Translations under genes and position numbers: made by a program
The notes under the pieces: model-generated
Told to the model about the DNA's origin: nothing
What the model saw: only the letters and a program-made list of their open reading frames with translations
Database searches by the model: none
NCBI GenBank assembly: GCA_964619725.1
Contig: CAZUFC010000009.1
Location: forward strand, 1-64,000
DNA length: 64,000 nucleotides
Direction of reading: 5' to 3'
Origin: an uncultured bacterium
GTDB taxonomy: Bacteria; CSSED10-310; CAZUFC01
Part shown: positions 1 through 9,300 of the stretch, in pieces
Layout: each line of letters opens with the position of its first letter
How positions within the stretch are numbered: the stretch's first letter is position 1

Positions 1-147
1 TTGGAATACTTGGAAAAATTTTTCTCCAAAATCCTGCACAGCGGAAAAAGCTCGATCACGACATTTCGGTTGCAAAAAAAGGCTAGCGTTATTAAACTTA
101 GTTTCCGCGGAAGAAATAGGAGGGACGGAACAGAAAGGAAAATCATC

Positions 148-1455
148 TTGAAAATGCTGTTCAGCGATGCCGAGGGCAACATTTACGATCATCCCGAGTG
201 GGAAGCTGCCGGGATGAGCGGCCGGAGTTACGTGAGGGCATCCGTTGAGAACCTGATTCCCTTGCCTGAAGGTAGTTCATTGTTCACGATGCCGGGGCAT
301 TATCCTGTCGGATTCGATAAGAACGGCAAACCTGCGGCGTATGACGAACCGGGCGTTTCGGCTGTTGCGGCCTTCATACCTGCCGGATGGTTGCGATTGC
401 TGCTGCCCGGCGTGTTTCGTCAGAACGATGCTTCGGTCCTGCCTCTCTGGGCTTATTCACTCGTAGGCTGGGATAAAAACCGATTCGTCGTTCCGGCGTT
501 GCGTGTCGACCCGGATACGCGATGCGAACCCGAATATTATCGCGATGATGAAATTCTGGCTGAAAAAGTCACCGAACGCCTCCAGAACGAACCCCAAAAC
601 AGGCTGCTTCGGCAACTCGCGCGATGCGCCCTCGAATACCACTGCTTCGCCGCTAAAAACGTCTTCAACGTCCGCTGGGAACTTCCCCTGCCCACTTCGC
701 CCGCATGCAACGCACGATGCGTCGGTTGCATTTCGCTCCAACCCTCGCAATGTTGTCCTTCTTCCCAGGAAAGACTAAACTTCATACCCACCGTCGATGA
801 AATATGCGATATCGCCTGCCCCCATCTCAAAACCGCCGACCGTCCCGTCGCCAGCTTCGGCCAGGGATGCGAAGGCGAACCCCTGATGCAGGAGGAACTC
901 CTCGAAAAAAGTATTCGGGAAATTCGCTCCAGGGTAAGCCGGGGAACCATCAATCTCAATACCAACGGCTCCATTCCACAGGCCGTCCTAAAGCTCGCCG
1001 ATGCAGGCCTGGACAGCATCAGAATAAGCCTCAACAGCGCTCAACCTCACCTATACCAAAAATACCACAAACCCGTGAACTACTCTTTCCGCCAGGTCCT
1101 CGATTCCATAAAAAACGCTCATCACGCAGGTCTCTATACCTCGCTTAACCTGCTCGTCATGCCCGGCATTACCGATACCGAACAGGAACTGGATGCCCTT
1201 ATGAAACTCCATCATGATGCCCCTTTCCACATGATACAGTTCAGAAATCTGAATATCGACCCCCATCTATACCTGGATGCCCTCGATTATCCGTCGAATC
1301 CCGGTATGGGTCTCGTAAAATTCATTGAAAAACTTGTGTCCCGTCTTCCGCATATCCAGATAGGTTACTTCAATCCCTTAAAAGAAGATTTTAAAAAACG
1401 ACTTCATAAAGTTGCCGAACGTAATCAAAACCACTCAAGGAGAAATATCCCATGA
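148..1455 (+). CDS. Radical SAM protein of unknown function
   Basis: CxxxCxxC motif (CNARCVGC), SFGQGCEGEP, LNTNGS and SIRISLNSA core motifs. Start probably TTG148 or ATG154 after AAGGAA; the ORF-track extension to position 1 looks non-coding. Confidence 0.85.
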   Translation: MKMLFSDAEGNIYDHPEWEAAGMSGRSYVRASVENLIPLPEGSSLFTMPGHYPVGFDKNGKPAAYDEPGVSAVAAFIPAGWLRLLLPGVFRQNDASVLPLWAYSLVGWDKNRFVVPALRVDPDTRCEPEYYRDDEILAEKVTERLQNEPQNRLLRQLARCALEYHCFAAKNVFNVRWELPLPTSPACNARCVGCISLQPSQCCPSSQERLNFIPTVDEICDIACPHLKTADRPVASFGQGCEGEPLMQEELLEKSIREIRSRVSRGTINLNTNGSIPQAVLKLADAGLDSIRISLNSAQPHLYQKYHKPVNYSFRQVLDSIKNAHHAGLYTSLNLLVMPGITDTEQELDALMKLHHDAPFHMIQFRNLNIDPHLYLDALDYPSNPGMGLVKFIEKLVSRLPHIQIGYFNPLKEDFKKRLHKVAERNQNHSRRNIP

Positions 1456-1550
1456 ACTTCGAAGCCGTCATACTCCCCATCATCATCGGCGCCTTGCTGC
1501 TGATAGGTATTCTCGGCTACTTCCTCTTCGAAAGACAACCCAGAGAATAA
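1452..1550 (+). CDS. 32-aa single-transmembrane peptide MNFEAVILPIIIGALLLIGILGYFLFERQPRE
   Basis: ATG overlaps the radical SAM stop (ATGA); about 21 hydrophobic residues then a charged tail; below the ORF-track cutoff. Confidence 0.6.
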   Translation: MNFEAVILPIIIGALLLIGILGYFLFERQPRE

Positions 1551-1806
1551 ACACTAATTAAAATTGGGCGACGGTCAATTTCCCTGGTTTCAGGAAGCAT
1601 TTCCAAAATCTCTGTAATCACGGACAGAACGAATCATCGCGGATAAAAAAATGTGATTCCCAAAAATTGAAACCACTGGTTGTTCAATCAATGAAATTTC
1701 ATCCGGCTCCATGCCGACTCCGCATACTATCCTGTGTTCAGTTTCCGGACTCACTCTGACCCTATGCCTTTGCCTTAATCATGCATTTTTTGCATTAAAA
1801 ATGTAC

Positions 1807-1843
1807 AAAAAAAAAGGCGGGAGGGAGGACTTTGCGTCCTCCC
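1807..1843 (-). terminator. Intrinsic terminator-like hairpin
   Basis: Minus strand GGGAGGAC-GCAAA-GTCCTCCC followed after 7 nt by T9. Confidence 0.55.
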
Positions 1844-1966
1844 AATGGTGAGCTATTTTCAAGAAGTGTCGTTTTTGTGGGAAATTTTGGTGGGATTTTT
1901 TATGAAGAAGAATTTATTTTTTTTCATTTTTTTCATTGTTTGCTTCCTCGATAACAAATCGAATCG
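1807..1966 (-). ncRNA. Candidate sigma54-dependent small RNA, or mRNA for the 25-aa ORF 1936..1859 (MKKMKKNKFFFIKNPTKISHKNDTS)
   Basis: Bounded by a consensus -24/-12 promoter and a terminator; A-rich body; no long ORF. Confidence 0.4.
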
Positions 1967-1977
1967 ACAAATAATGT

Positions 1978-1993
1978 AGCAACAAATGTGCCA
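1978..1993 (-). promoter_or_regulatory. Sigma54 (-24/-12) promoter
   Basis: Minus strand TGGCAC-ATTTG-TTGCT, an exact TGGCAC-N5-TTGC match. Confidence 0.7.
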
Positions 1994-2289
1994 AAAATTA
2001 GCAATACTTAAAATTGGCTGTAAAATTTTTTAACTTATTATAAAATAAATATTTTAAAAATTGGTTTTACAAATGGAACCGATACGGTGTTTGGTGCGGC
2101 AGTGCGTCAAAATGAGTAAGTGTGTAAAAATTACCCGGTTAATATGGCACGGTGTACATATAGGGAACATTAAGTTTTACCGGAGAAGGGCCGCCGGCTT
2201 TTCTCCAATAAAAATTTTCATATCGTGGGGAAATCTGATAAAATGTGAACGTAAAAGGGGATTTGAGTTGCTGAGCTGGGGAGGCAACG

Positions 2290-4467
2290 ATGCAGAGCAA
2301 ATTAACGGAAAAAGTGGAGAGTTTCGAGAGGCTGGTCGCAGAATTTCCGTCGAGTTATACGTTGCGAGACCGCCGAATGATCGAGGAGGCTTACCGGTAT
2401 GCTGAGCGGAAGTTCGGCGACAAGTTAATCGGTGAATATCCTTTGCTCAATCATCTGCTGGGTTCAAGCGCCATTTTGGTAAAGCTGCACATGGACCCTG
2501 AGAGTATAGCGGCGGCGTTGCTGCATCATGCTGCTTATGAATCGGATTATAACGGGGAAGAGATAGGGGAGGTTTTCGGGACTGAGATAGTGAAGCTGAT
2601 AGAGGGAGCAGCGAATTTAAAGAAGATCGGCGAATTTGTAAAGCATGGAGTCGGCGAGCATTCTGAGCGGAATTTAGAATCATTACGCAAGATGATGTTG
2701 TCGATGCTGGATGATTTGCGGATTATGATCGTGAAGTTGGCGACGCGATTGAACACGTTGAGAAATTTCAAGGCATTGCCAGAGGAGAAGCGTGCAGAGG
2801 TAGCGTGGGAGAGTTTGAACATTTTTGCGCCGTTGGCGAATCGACTGGGAATATGGAACATCAAGTGGGAGTTGGAAGATTTGTCTTTTCGTTATCTGAA
2901 GCCGGATGAGTATGCGCGGATAACGTCAGAGATAGACCAGAGGCGCGTGGAGCGTGAGCGTTATGTGGACCAGATACGGACACGATTGACGCAGATGCTT
3001 GATGAGCAGGAGATAATGGGAGATGTTCACGGACGTTCGAAGCATGTTTACAGTATATGGAAAAAGATGCAGCAGAAGGGGCTGAAATTCGACGAGATAT
3101 ATGATGCTTATGCATTACGTGTGATAGTTTCCACGATTGAGGAGACATATTTATTATTGTCGGCGGTACATCGGAAATGGACGCCGGTGCCGGGCAGTTT
3201 TGACGATTACATATCCGAGCCGAAGAAGAACATGTATCAATCGATACACACGGCATTAAGGGACAGCGACGGGAAGGCTTTTGAGATACAGATTCGGACG
3301 AAGGCGATGCACCGGGTTGCGGAATACGGCGTAGCGGCTCACTGGCGTTACAAGGAGAAGCGGAAGACGGATACGGCGTTCGACACAAAGATAGCCTATT
3401 TAAGGCAATTGCTGGACTGGCAGATGGAGCAGGCGAAACTGGGCGGAACGTTCGGGAACCTTCATTCCGGTATGTATGACGACAGAGTGTATGTTTTCAC
3501 GCCCCAGGGAGAGATCAAGGAATTGCCGGCGGGTTCTACGCCTGTGGATTTCGCATATTCCATTCATTCTGAGATAGGACATCGATGCCGTGGAGCGCAG
3601 ATCAATTCTCGTATGGTTCCTTTGACTACAAAATTGAAAACGGGCGATGAGGTAAAAATCAGGACGGTGAACAAGGGCGGTCCGAGTTTAGGCTGGCTGG
3701 ACCCTGAATCGGAATATGTCAGGACCAGGAATGCCCGGACGAAGATCAGGAGCTGGTTTCGAAAACAGAACTGCGAGGAGAGCATAGCCAAGGGGCGAGA
3801 CCTGATTGAGAGGGAATTGAAGAAGATCAAGCATACCATATCGAATAACGAATTATCGAAGCTGCTGAACTTCAATTCCGTGGAAGACATGTGGGCGGCA
3901 GTGGGATATGGCGATATCGGCCTGACCCGCGTGCAGGGAGCCGTCAACCGTCATTTACAGGAGCAGGAAAAAAGAGAAATCGGTTTTGAAGATGAAATCG
4001 AAGAGAAGGAAAAAGCGCCGAGACCGGAAGCGGGCATTTACGTGCAGGGCGTGGACGGTCTTATGACTCATATCGCAGAATGTTGCCGTCCCGTTCCCGG
4101 AGATGCCGTCCTGGGATACATTACAAGAGGACGGGGAATTACGGTTCACAGAAAGGATTGTCCGAACATCAGCAAAGATGAAGACCAGGAGAGACATATC
4201 AAGGTATTCTGGGATTCACACTCTCATAAATCCTATCCGGCAGCCGTAAAACTTAAATTCCTGAATAAATCGGAATTGACGCATGAACTCACGGGACTGA
4301 TAAATGAAAGGGGCCTCTCCATCCGCAAAACCCGGATAAAAGCCGGCAAAAATGGGGATTACAGCTCAGCGGTGCTCATTATTAACGTGCACGACAGGCA
4401 GGAGCTGGAACAAGTTATGGAAAGACTGAAAAAGCAGCCGCAGATACACGAAATAACGCGGCTGTAA
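2290..4467 (+). CDS. relA: Long RelA/SpoT (p)ppGpp synthetase (HD-like, SYNTH, TGS, ZFD, ACT); hydrolase motif degenerate
   Basis: RSKHVYSIWKKM, YQSIHT, EIQIRT, AAHWRYK, VYVFTPQG, TPVDFAYSIHSEIGHRC, CCRPVPGD, C-terminal ACT; SD GGAGG upstream. Confidence 0.93.
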   Translation: MQSKLTEKVESFERLVAEFPSSYTLRDRRMIEEAYRYAERKFGDKLIGEYPLLNHLLGSSAILVKLHMDPESIAAALLHHAAYESDYNGEEIGEVFGTEIVKLIEGAANLKKIGEFVKHGVGEHSERNLESLRKMMLSMLDDLRIMIVKLATRLNTLRNFKALPEEKRAEVAWESLNIFAPLANRLGIWNIKWELEDLSFRYLKPDEYARITSEIDQRRVERERYVDQIRTRLTQMLDEQEIMGDVHGRSKHVYSIWKKMQQKGLKFDEIYDAYALRVIVSTIEETYLLLSAVHRKWTPVPGSFDDYISEPKKNMYQSIHTALRDSDGKAFEIQIRTKAMHRVAEYGVAAHWRYKEKRKTDTAFDTKIAYLRQLLDWQMEQAKLGGTFGNLHSGMYDDRVYVFTPQGEIKELPAGSTPVDFAYSIHSEIGHRCRGAQINSRMVPLTTKLKTGDEVKIRTVNKGGPSLGWLDPESEYVRTRNARTKIRSWFRKQNCEESIAKGRDLIERELKKIKHTISNNELSKLLNFNSVEDMWAAVGYGDIGLTRVQGAVNRHLQEQEKREIGFEDEIEEKEKAPRPEAGIYVQGVDGLMTHIAECCRPVPGDAVLGYITRGRGITVHRKDCPNISKDEDQERHIKVFWDSHSHKSYPAAVKLKFLNKSELTHELTGLINERGLSIRKTRIKAGKNGDYSSAVLIINVHDRQELEQVMERLKKQPQIHEITRL

Positions 4468-4528
4468 TCAGGCGTTTTCCTTGCTGGAGGACTCGGATAC
4501 TTCGCCCTTCACCACTGATGACTTGTAA

Positions 4529-5875
4529 TCACAATTCTTCGAATTCAAGCAGCTTTTTGATTCTCTTTTCTTTCAGCAGTCTGTTGATTGTATTCCGGTC
4601 CGGTCCCTTGAAATTCCATTCCCCGGCAGCGGCTATTCTGCCGGCTATTCTAGCGAGGTTTGCGGCGCCGTTTTGAAGAGAAAATCTGTCGATTTTGTCG
4701 AAAGTATCGAACCTGGTATGTCCCCAGCCCCGGCCTTTCTGGACGGAAGCCATGAAGGCGGAAGGTATTCCATCGAGGAAGAAGGGAAAGTGATCGGAAT
4801 AGGGGACGATATGGTCGGCTGTTTTGACGTCAGAGGGCAATTGAGCAATCATTCGTTTGAAAGCAGGGAGTGCATCGGGCATTCCCTGCAGCAATAATCT
4901 GAGATTGGGAGAGGCGGCTGTGCTGTCGGCATTGAGGACCATGCGTATTTTTTTGCCTGTTTTCTTGAGGTGATCCCGCAAAGCATAAGAGCCCAGCAGG
5001 CCCAGTTCTTCTGCCGTCACCAGAGCGAAAACGACGTCTGTTTTAAGGAGCGGAGCGAAATGTTTCAGGACTCGAGCGGCTTCCAAGACGATACTGGTTC
5101 CTGAAGCGTTGTCGTCTGCGCCCTGGGAAATATCATGTCCGTCGTAATGAGCCGTCAGGAGGACAGCCGGTTTTTCCAGTTTAGCCGGCGCTTTCCGTTC
5201 ACCGATGATGTTGGCGGCTTTTCCTCTTTTCAGTTCATTATTCATTCGCAATTTCAGCTTGACCGGCCCTTTATTCATATAATAACGCAATTCACGCCCC
5301 GCTTCATACGATAGACCTATGCCAGGTATGGACCTGGTAAAGTTTTCCGTCGGATCATAAGCCAGGCTTCCGGTTTCCTCTGATACGCCCGGCTCGCTTT
5401 TCATAAACAGAAAAGCCGCTGCATTATTTTCAAGGACCGATAGATACTTCTGCAAACGGTGCAAGGGGAATCCATCAGGCGGATTGGCGGATTCAACCAG
5501 CGTCATTTTTCCTTTCATATCATCGCTGTATTGCTTCATTTCCATATCGCTTCCGAATCCCGCATCGACAGCTTCCGCCTCCAGATCGCAGGGAGGCGAC
5601 AAAGGCAGGGCAATACAGGGAAATCCTCTTTCAACGGGAGAAATCATCTGAAGCTGCGCGTCACCCCGCTTCCATACAGGAACATCGATTTCCAGGCGCT
5701 GCACGTCATCAAGTCCGAATTCCCGTAACTTTTCAAAAATATAATCCGCTGCCCGCTCATGTCCCTCCTGTCCTATAAAACGAGGCGAACATTCCAGGCA
5801 AAGATATTGAAAGCATTCATAAACATTGTCGGAAGTCCATATATCAGCACAAACCATTCTCTCAGCTTCTTTCAT
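4529..5875 (-). CDS. M28-family metallopeptidase with PA domain
   Basis: TAHYD, GADDNASG, AEELGLLGS, LNAD, SDHFPF and HTRFDT zinc-ligand motifs. Confidence 0.88.
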   Translation of the reverse strand: MKEAERMVCADIWTSDNVYECFQYLCLECSPRFIGQEGHERAADYIFEKLREFGLDDVQRLEIDVPVWKRGDAQLQMISPVERGFPCIALPLSPPCDLEAEAVDAGFGSDMEMKQYSDDMKGKMTLVESANPPDGFPLHRLQKYLSVLENNAAAFLFMKSEPGVSEETGSLAYDPTENFTRSIPGIGLSYEAGRELRYYMNKGPVKLKLRMNNELKRGKAANIIGERKAPAKLEKPAVLLTAHYDGHDISQGADDNASGTSIVLEAARVLKHFAPLLKTDVVFALVTAEELGLLGSYALRDHLKKTGKKIRMVLNADSTAASPNLRLLLQGMPDALPAFKRMIAQLPSDVKTADHIVPYSDHFPFFLDGIPSAFMASVQKGRGWGHTRFDTFDKIDRFSLQNGAANLARIAGRIAAAGEWNFKGPDRNTINRLLKEKRIKKLLEFEEL

Positions 5876-6316
5876 TATAAATAATTCCTCTCATTCCATT
5901 TTGAAAGCGCCGCATCCGCTGCGAAGAATACGCTCTCTGCATATCAATGGCGAACCTTCCTCCCGAAAAGAACGAAAAGCGTTTCGATCCCTCCGGGGTT
6001 CCCATCGACGTTCCTATTATTTACTTGAAAAAAAAATGATTTGCAATTGAGCCCCTATGGTTTGAATATTTTTTACTTTTGATTCCGACTTCAGTATAAT
6101 GAATAAAGTACGTTTTTGGTTTCTTTCCAAAAAACGCATTAATAAAAAAAAATCATCTTCTTCATGGAAAATATTCTCATAAGTAAAACGAATCTGAAAA
6201 GACAAGGCATTCCGGTCTGATTTTTCGCAGGCGAATAAAAGTAAGGGGGATCATCGACCGGAATTATTATATGTAAAAAGGGCAAAAATCAGAGCAAGAA
6301 GGGGGAGAAAAATGAG

Positions 6317-9300
6317 TTGCAGGAGGTTCGCCGGTCAGAAGCCGATGAGCTCATCGTGCTGGTGTCTTTTATAATATTCACTTTTTTTCAGAACATGCCG
6401 CTGATGGCGTTCGATCAGCCGTGGGACGGCGGGCACAATACAACGACTCCGTATTATTACGATCCTGAGAATCCTTATGTGCCGGAGGAGAATCCCAATT
6501 GTCCTCAGCCTCAGTCTCCGCGTGGATCGCCGGTGTATGTGGCTCGGGGGGTATTATTTCTTCATTATGAGGACATAAAGGTATCGGGAGTGGGACCTGA
6601 ATTGGAGCTGACGCGTCATTACATGAACCAGGACCGTTATGACGGCCCATTCGGATACGGCTGGCATTTCAATTATTCCATTCAATTATACGAAGTAACT
6701 GATTTGGATGACGAATACGTAATTATCAGGCGGGGAACCGGTCGCCGTTGGGAATTCATAAAGAACCAGGACGGGACGTACACATCGAAGACGCGAGGAG
6801 TGATTCACAGTTTAACGAAGAATCCTGACGGTAGTTTTATATTCAGTTATGTGTGTTCCGATTGCATAGGGCTTCTGGGGGACGTATTGCATTTCGATTC
6901 GGAGGGGCGACTGACGGCGGTTGAGGACAACAGCGGCAACCGTCTGGAATTTGATTACGACATTGAGGGACATTTGACGACGGCGACAGATGCGGTGGGA
7001 CGTGAGATTCATTTCTTTTACAATTATGAAAACAAGATCACGAGGGTTCTGGACCCTGGGGGAAACTTATTCATATATACGTATGACGGTGAGGGGAACC
7101 TCTCTTCGGTAACGGACCCTGTGGGCAATCAGACGGTCTATATTTACGATGAGGAGCATGACTTGGTGAATGTGATTGATGCGAACAACGACACGGCGCT
7201 GGAAGTTTCATACGACAACCGAGACAGGGTCAGTTCTTGCACGCGTTACGGTTATACGGAGACCTATGATTATAATCCCGGGTCCTCTTATACGGTGAAG
7301 AACACGCCGCGAGGGAATTATACGTATTATTACGATGATGCGGGCAATGTAACCCGGACGGTATATCCTGACGGAACAGAAAGGGAAGATGAGATCAACC
7401 TGAATGTCCGGCCGACGCGCCGCACTGCCCCTGACGGTTCGGCCTGGGAATACGAATACGACGGTTGGGGCAATGTGACCCGGATAACGCAGGCTGCCGG
7501 AACGGAACTTTCCAGGAACACTCATTATACTTACGATTTCGCCACGAAAAATTTGACGGGATATTATCGCAACAGCGTGAGGAATCCGAGCGGCTATTAT
7601 TCCGTGAGTTTTGAGTATGACGAGATTGGTAATATAACGAAGCTGACGAAAAGCGGTTATATCAAACCGAGTCAACCCTTCACATATGAAACGACTTATG
7701 CTTTTGACAATATGGGACTGCTAACCAGGATCAACGGACCAAGGACCGAGGCGACAGACGTCATCACCTATTCCTACGACAGTATGGGACAATTGACTTC
7801 TTTTACTTTGCCCGAAGAAGGCGCCTGGTCATACAATGAATACAATGCATTCGGAAAACCGGGGCTGATCATCGATCCGAACGGCAATACTTCCGGGATA
7901 GAATACGATGCGATAAACCGTCTGACGAAAATTACGGCTAACGGCGAGACCTTTCTCGAATATGAATACGACGGGATAGGCAATGTGACTAAAATTTCCA
8001 ATACTTTGGGCGCGGGTTTATCCCTGAATTATACGCAGGGTGAGATGATTGCTGAAGTAATCAAACCGGACGGTTCGAGGTTGCTGAATCATTATGAGGG
8101 ATGGGGACTTATCGCTAAAAAGGAGACTTATACCAGCGAAGACGTCCTGGAATCTTTCATCGACTATGAATATGATTCTATGAAGCGCATGACGAAAGTC
8201 ATTTATCCCGGTTCAGCAACGACGGAAATAGAGTATGATGCGGCGGGCAATCTGACCAAAGTGATCGACAGGCTGGGCAATGAAAAAGCGTTCGAATATG
8301 ATGCCCTCAACAGGTTAACCGCAAGAAGGGTAATCGTTCCGGACGGGGACGACCTGGTAACGACGTATGAGTATGACGAATGGGACAATTTAACGGCTTT
8401 TACCGATCCTGAAGCCCATGTCGTTTCTTTAACGCCGGACGATATGGGTCGGGTAGCGGAAGAAACGACTCCCGCAGGCGGTCATCTCGTTTATGAGTAC
8501 AATGCGACGGGTATGATGACGAAGATATTTGATGCCAATGGGGATGTCATTCAAAAGGGATATGACGCTCAAAATCGCGTCACATCTATCGATTATCCTG
8601 ATCCGGCCGAAAACGTTACCTATTCCTACGACGAAACGAGCGTAACCAATGGAAAAGGCATGCTGACCGGGATGACTGACAGGTCCGGGACAACGATCTA
8701 TAATTATGATCAGCGAAGCCGCGTGACGAATGTTCAACGGACGATCGACGGAAATGATTATATCACCCTGTATCAATACGATCCGAATGACAACTTGACC
8801 AAAGCGACCTATCCGAGCGGCATTGAAATTTTATACGATTACGATTCTTCCGACATGGTGAGTCGCATACGGGCATCGGTCAATGAAGACATTCATACCA
8901 TAGCCGATTCGATAACTTACAACTCATTCAGCGCCGTAGCTTCCATGAGCCTGGGAACGGGCATGAACCGCACGGTTTCCTATGATTCAAAAAGAAACAT
9001 TACCGGACTCAGCGCCGGCGGCTTCCAGGACATTACAATCGCTTACGATGCTATGGACAACATAACTTCAATAACGGACAATTTAAATTCAGCCGAAAAT
9101 CAGACGTTCGATTATGATATTCTGTCGCAATTGACTTCCGCTTCGGGGGCCTACGGCGCTGTCACTTACGCTTATGATGACGCCGGCAACCGAACGTTGA
9201 TCTCCCCTGGTTCGGATACTGTTAATTATAATTACACGGACAACCGCCTTACTTCCCTGAGCGGCGATATAACGGAAAATTTCGCCTACGACGGTAACGG

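Noticed and set aside
1-147. N-terminal extension of the radical SAM ORF
   Set aside because: It reads like promoter/UTR sequence; an SD-like element precedes TTG148/ATG154.
1823-1860. c-di-GMP-I riboswitch, suggested by GGACGCAAAG on the minus strand
   Set aside because: The upstream GCAAACC/GAAA stem is absent; the sequence is explained by a simple hairpin before a T-run.
2146-2161. Second sigma54 promoter (TGGCAC) on the + strand before relA
   Set aside because: No TTGC or GC at the -12 position.
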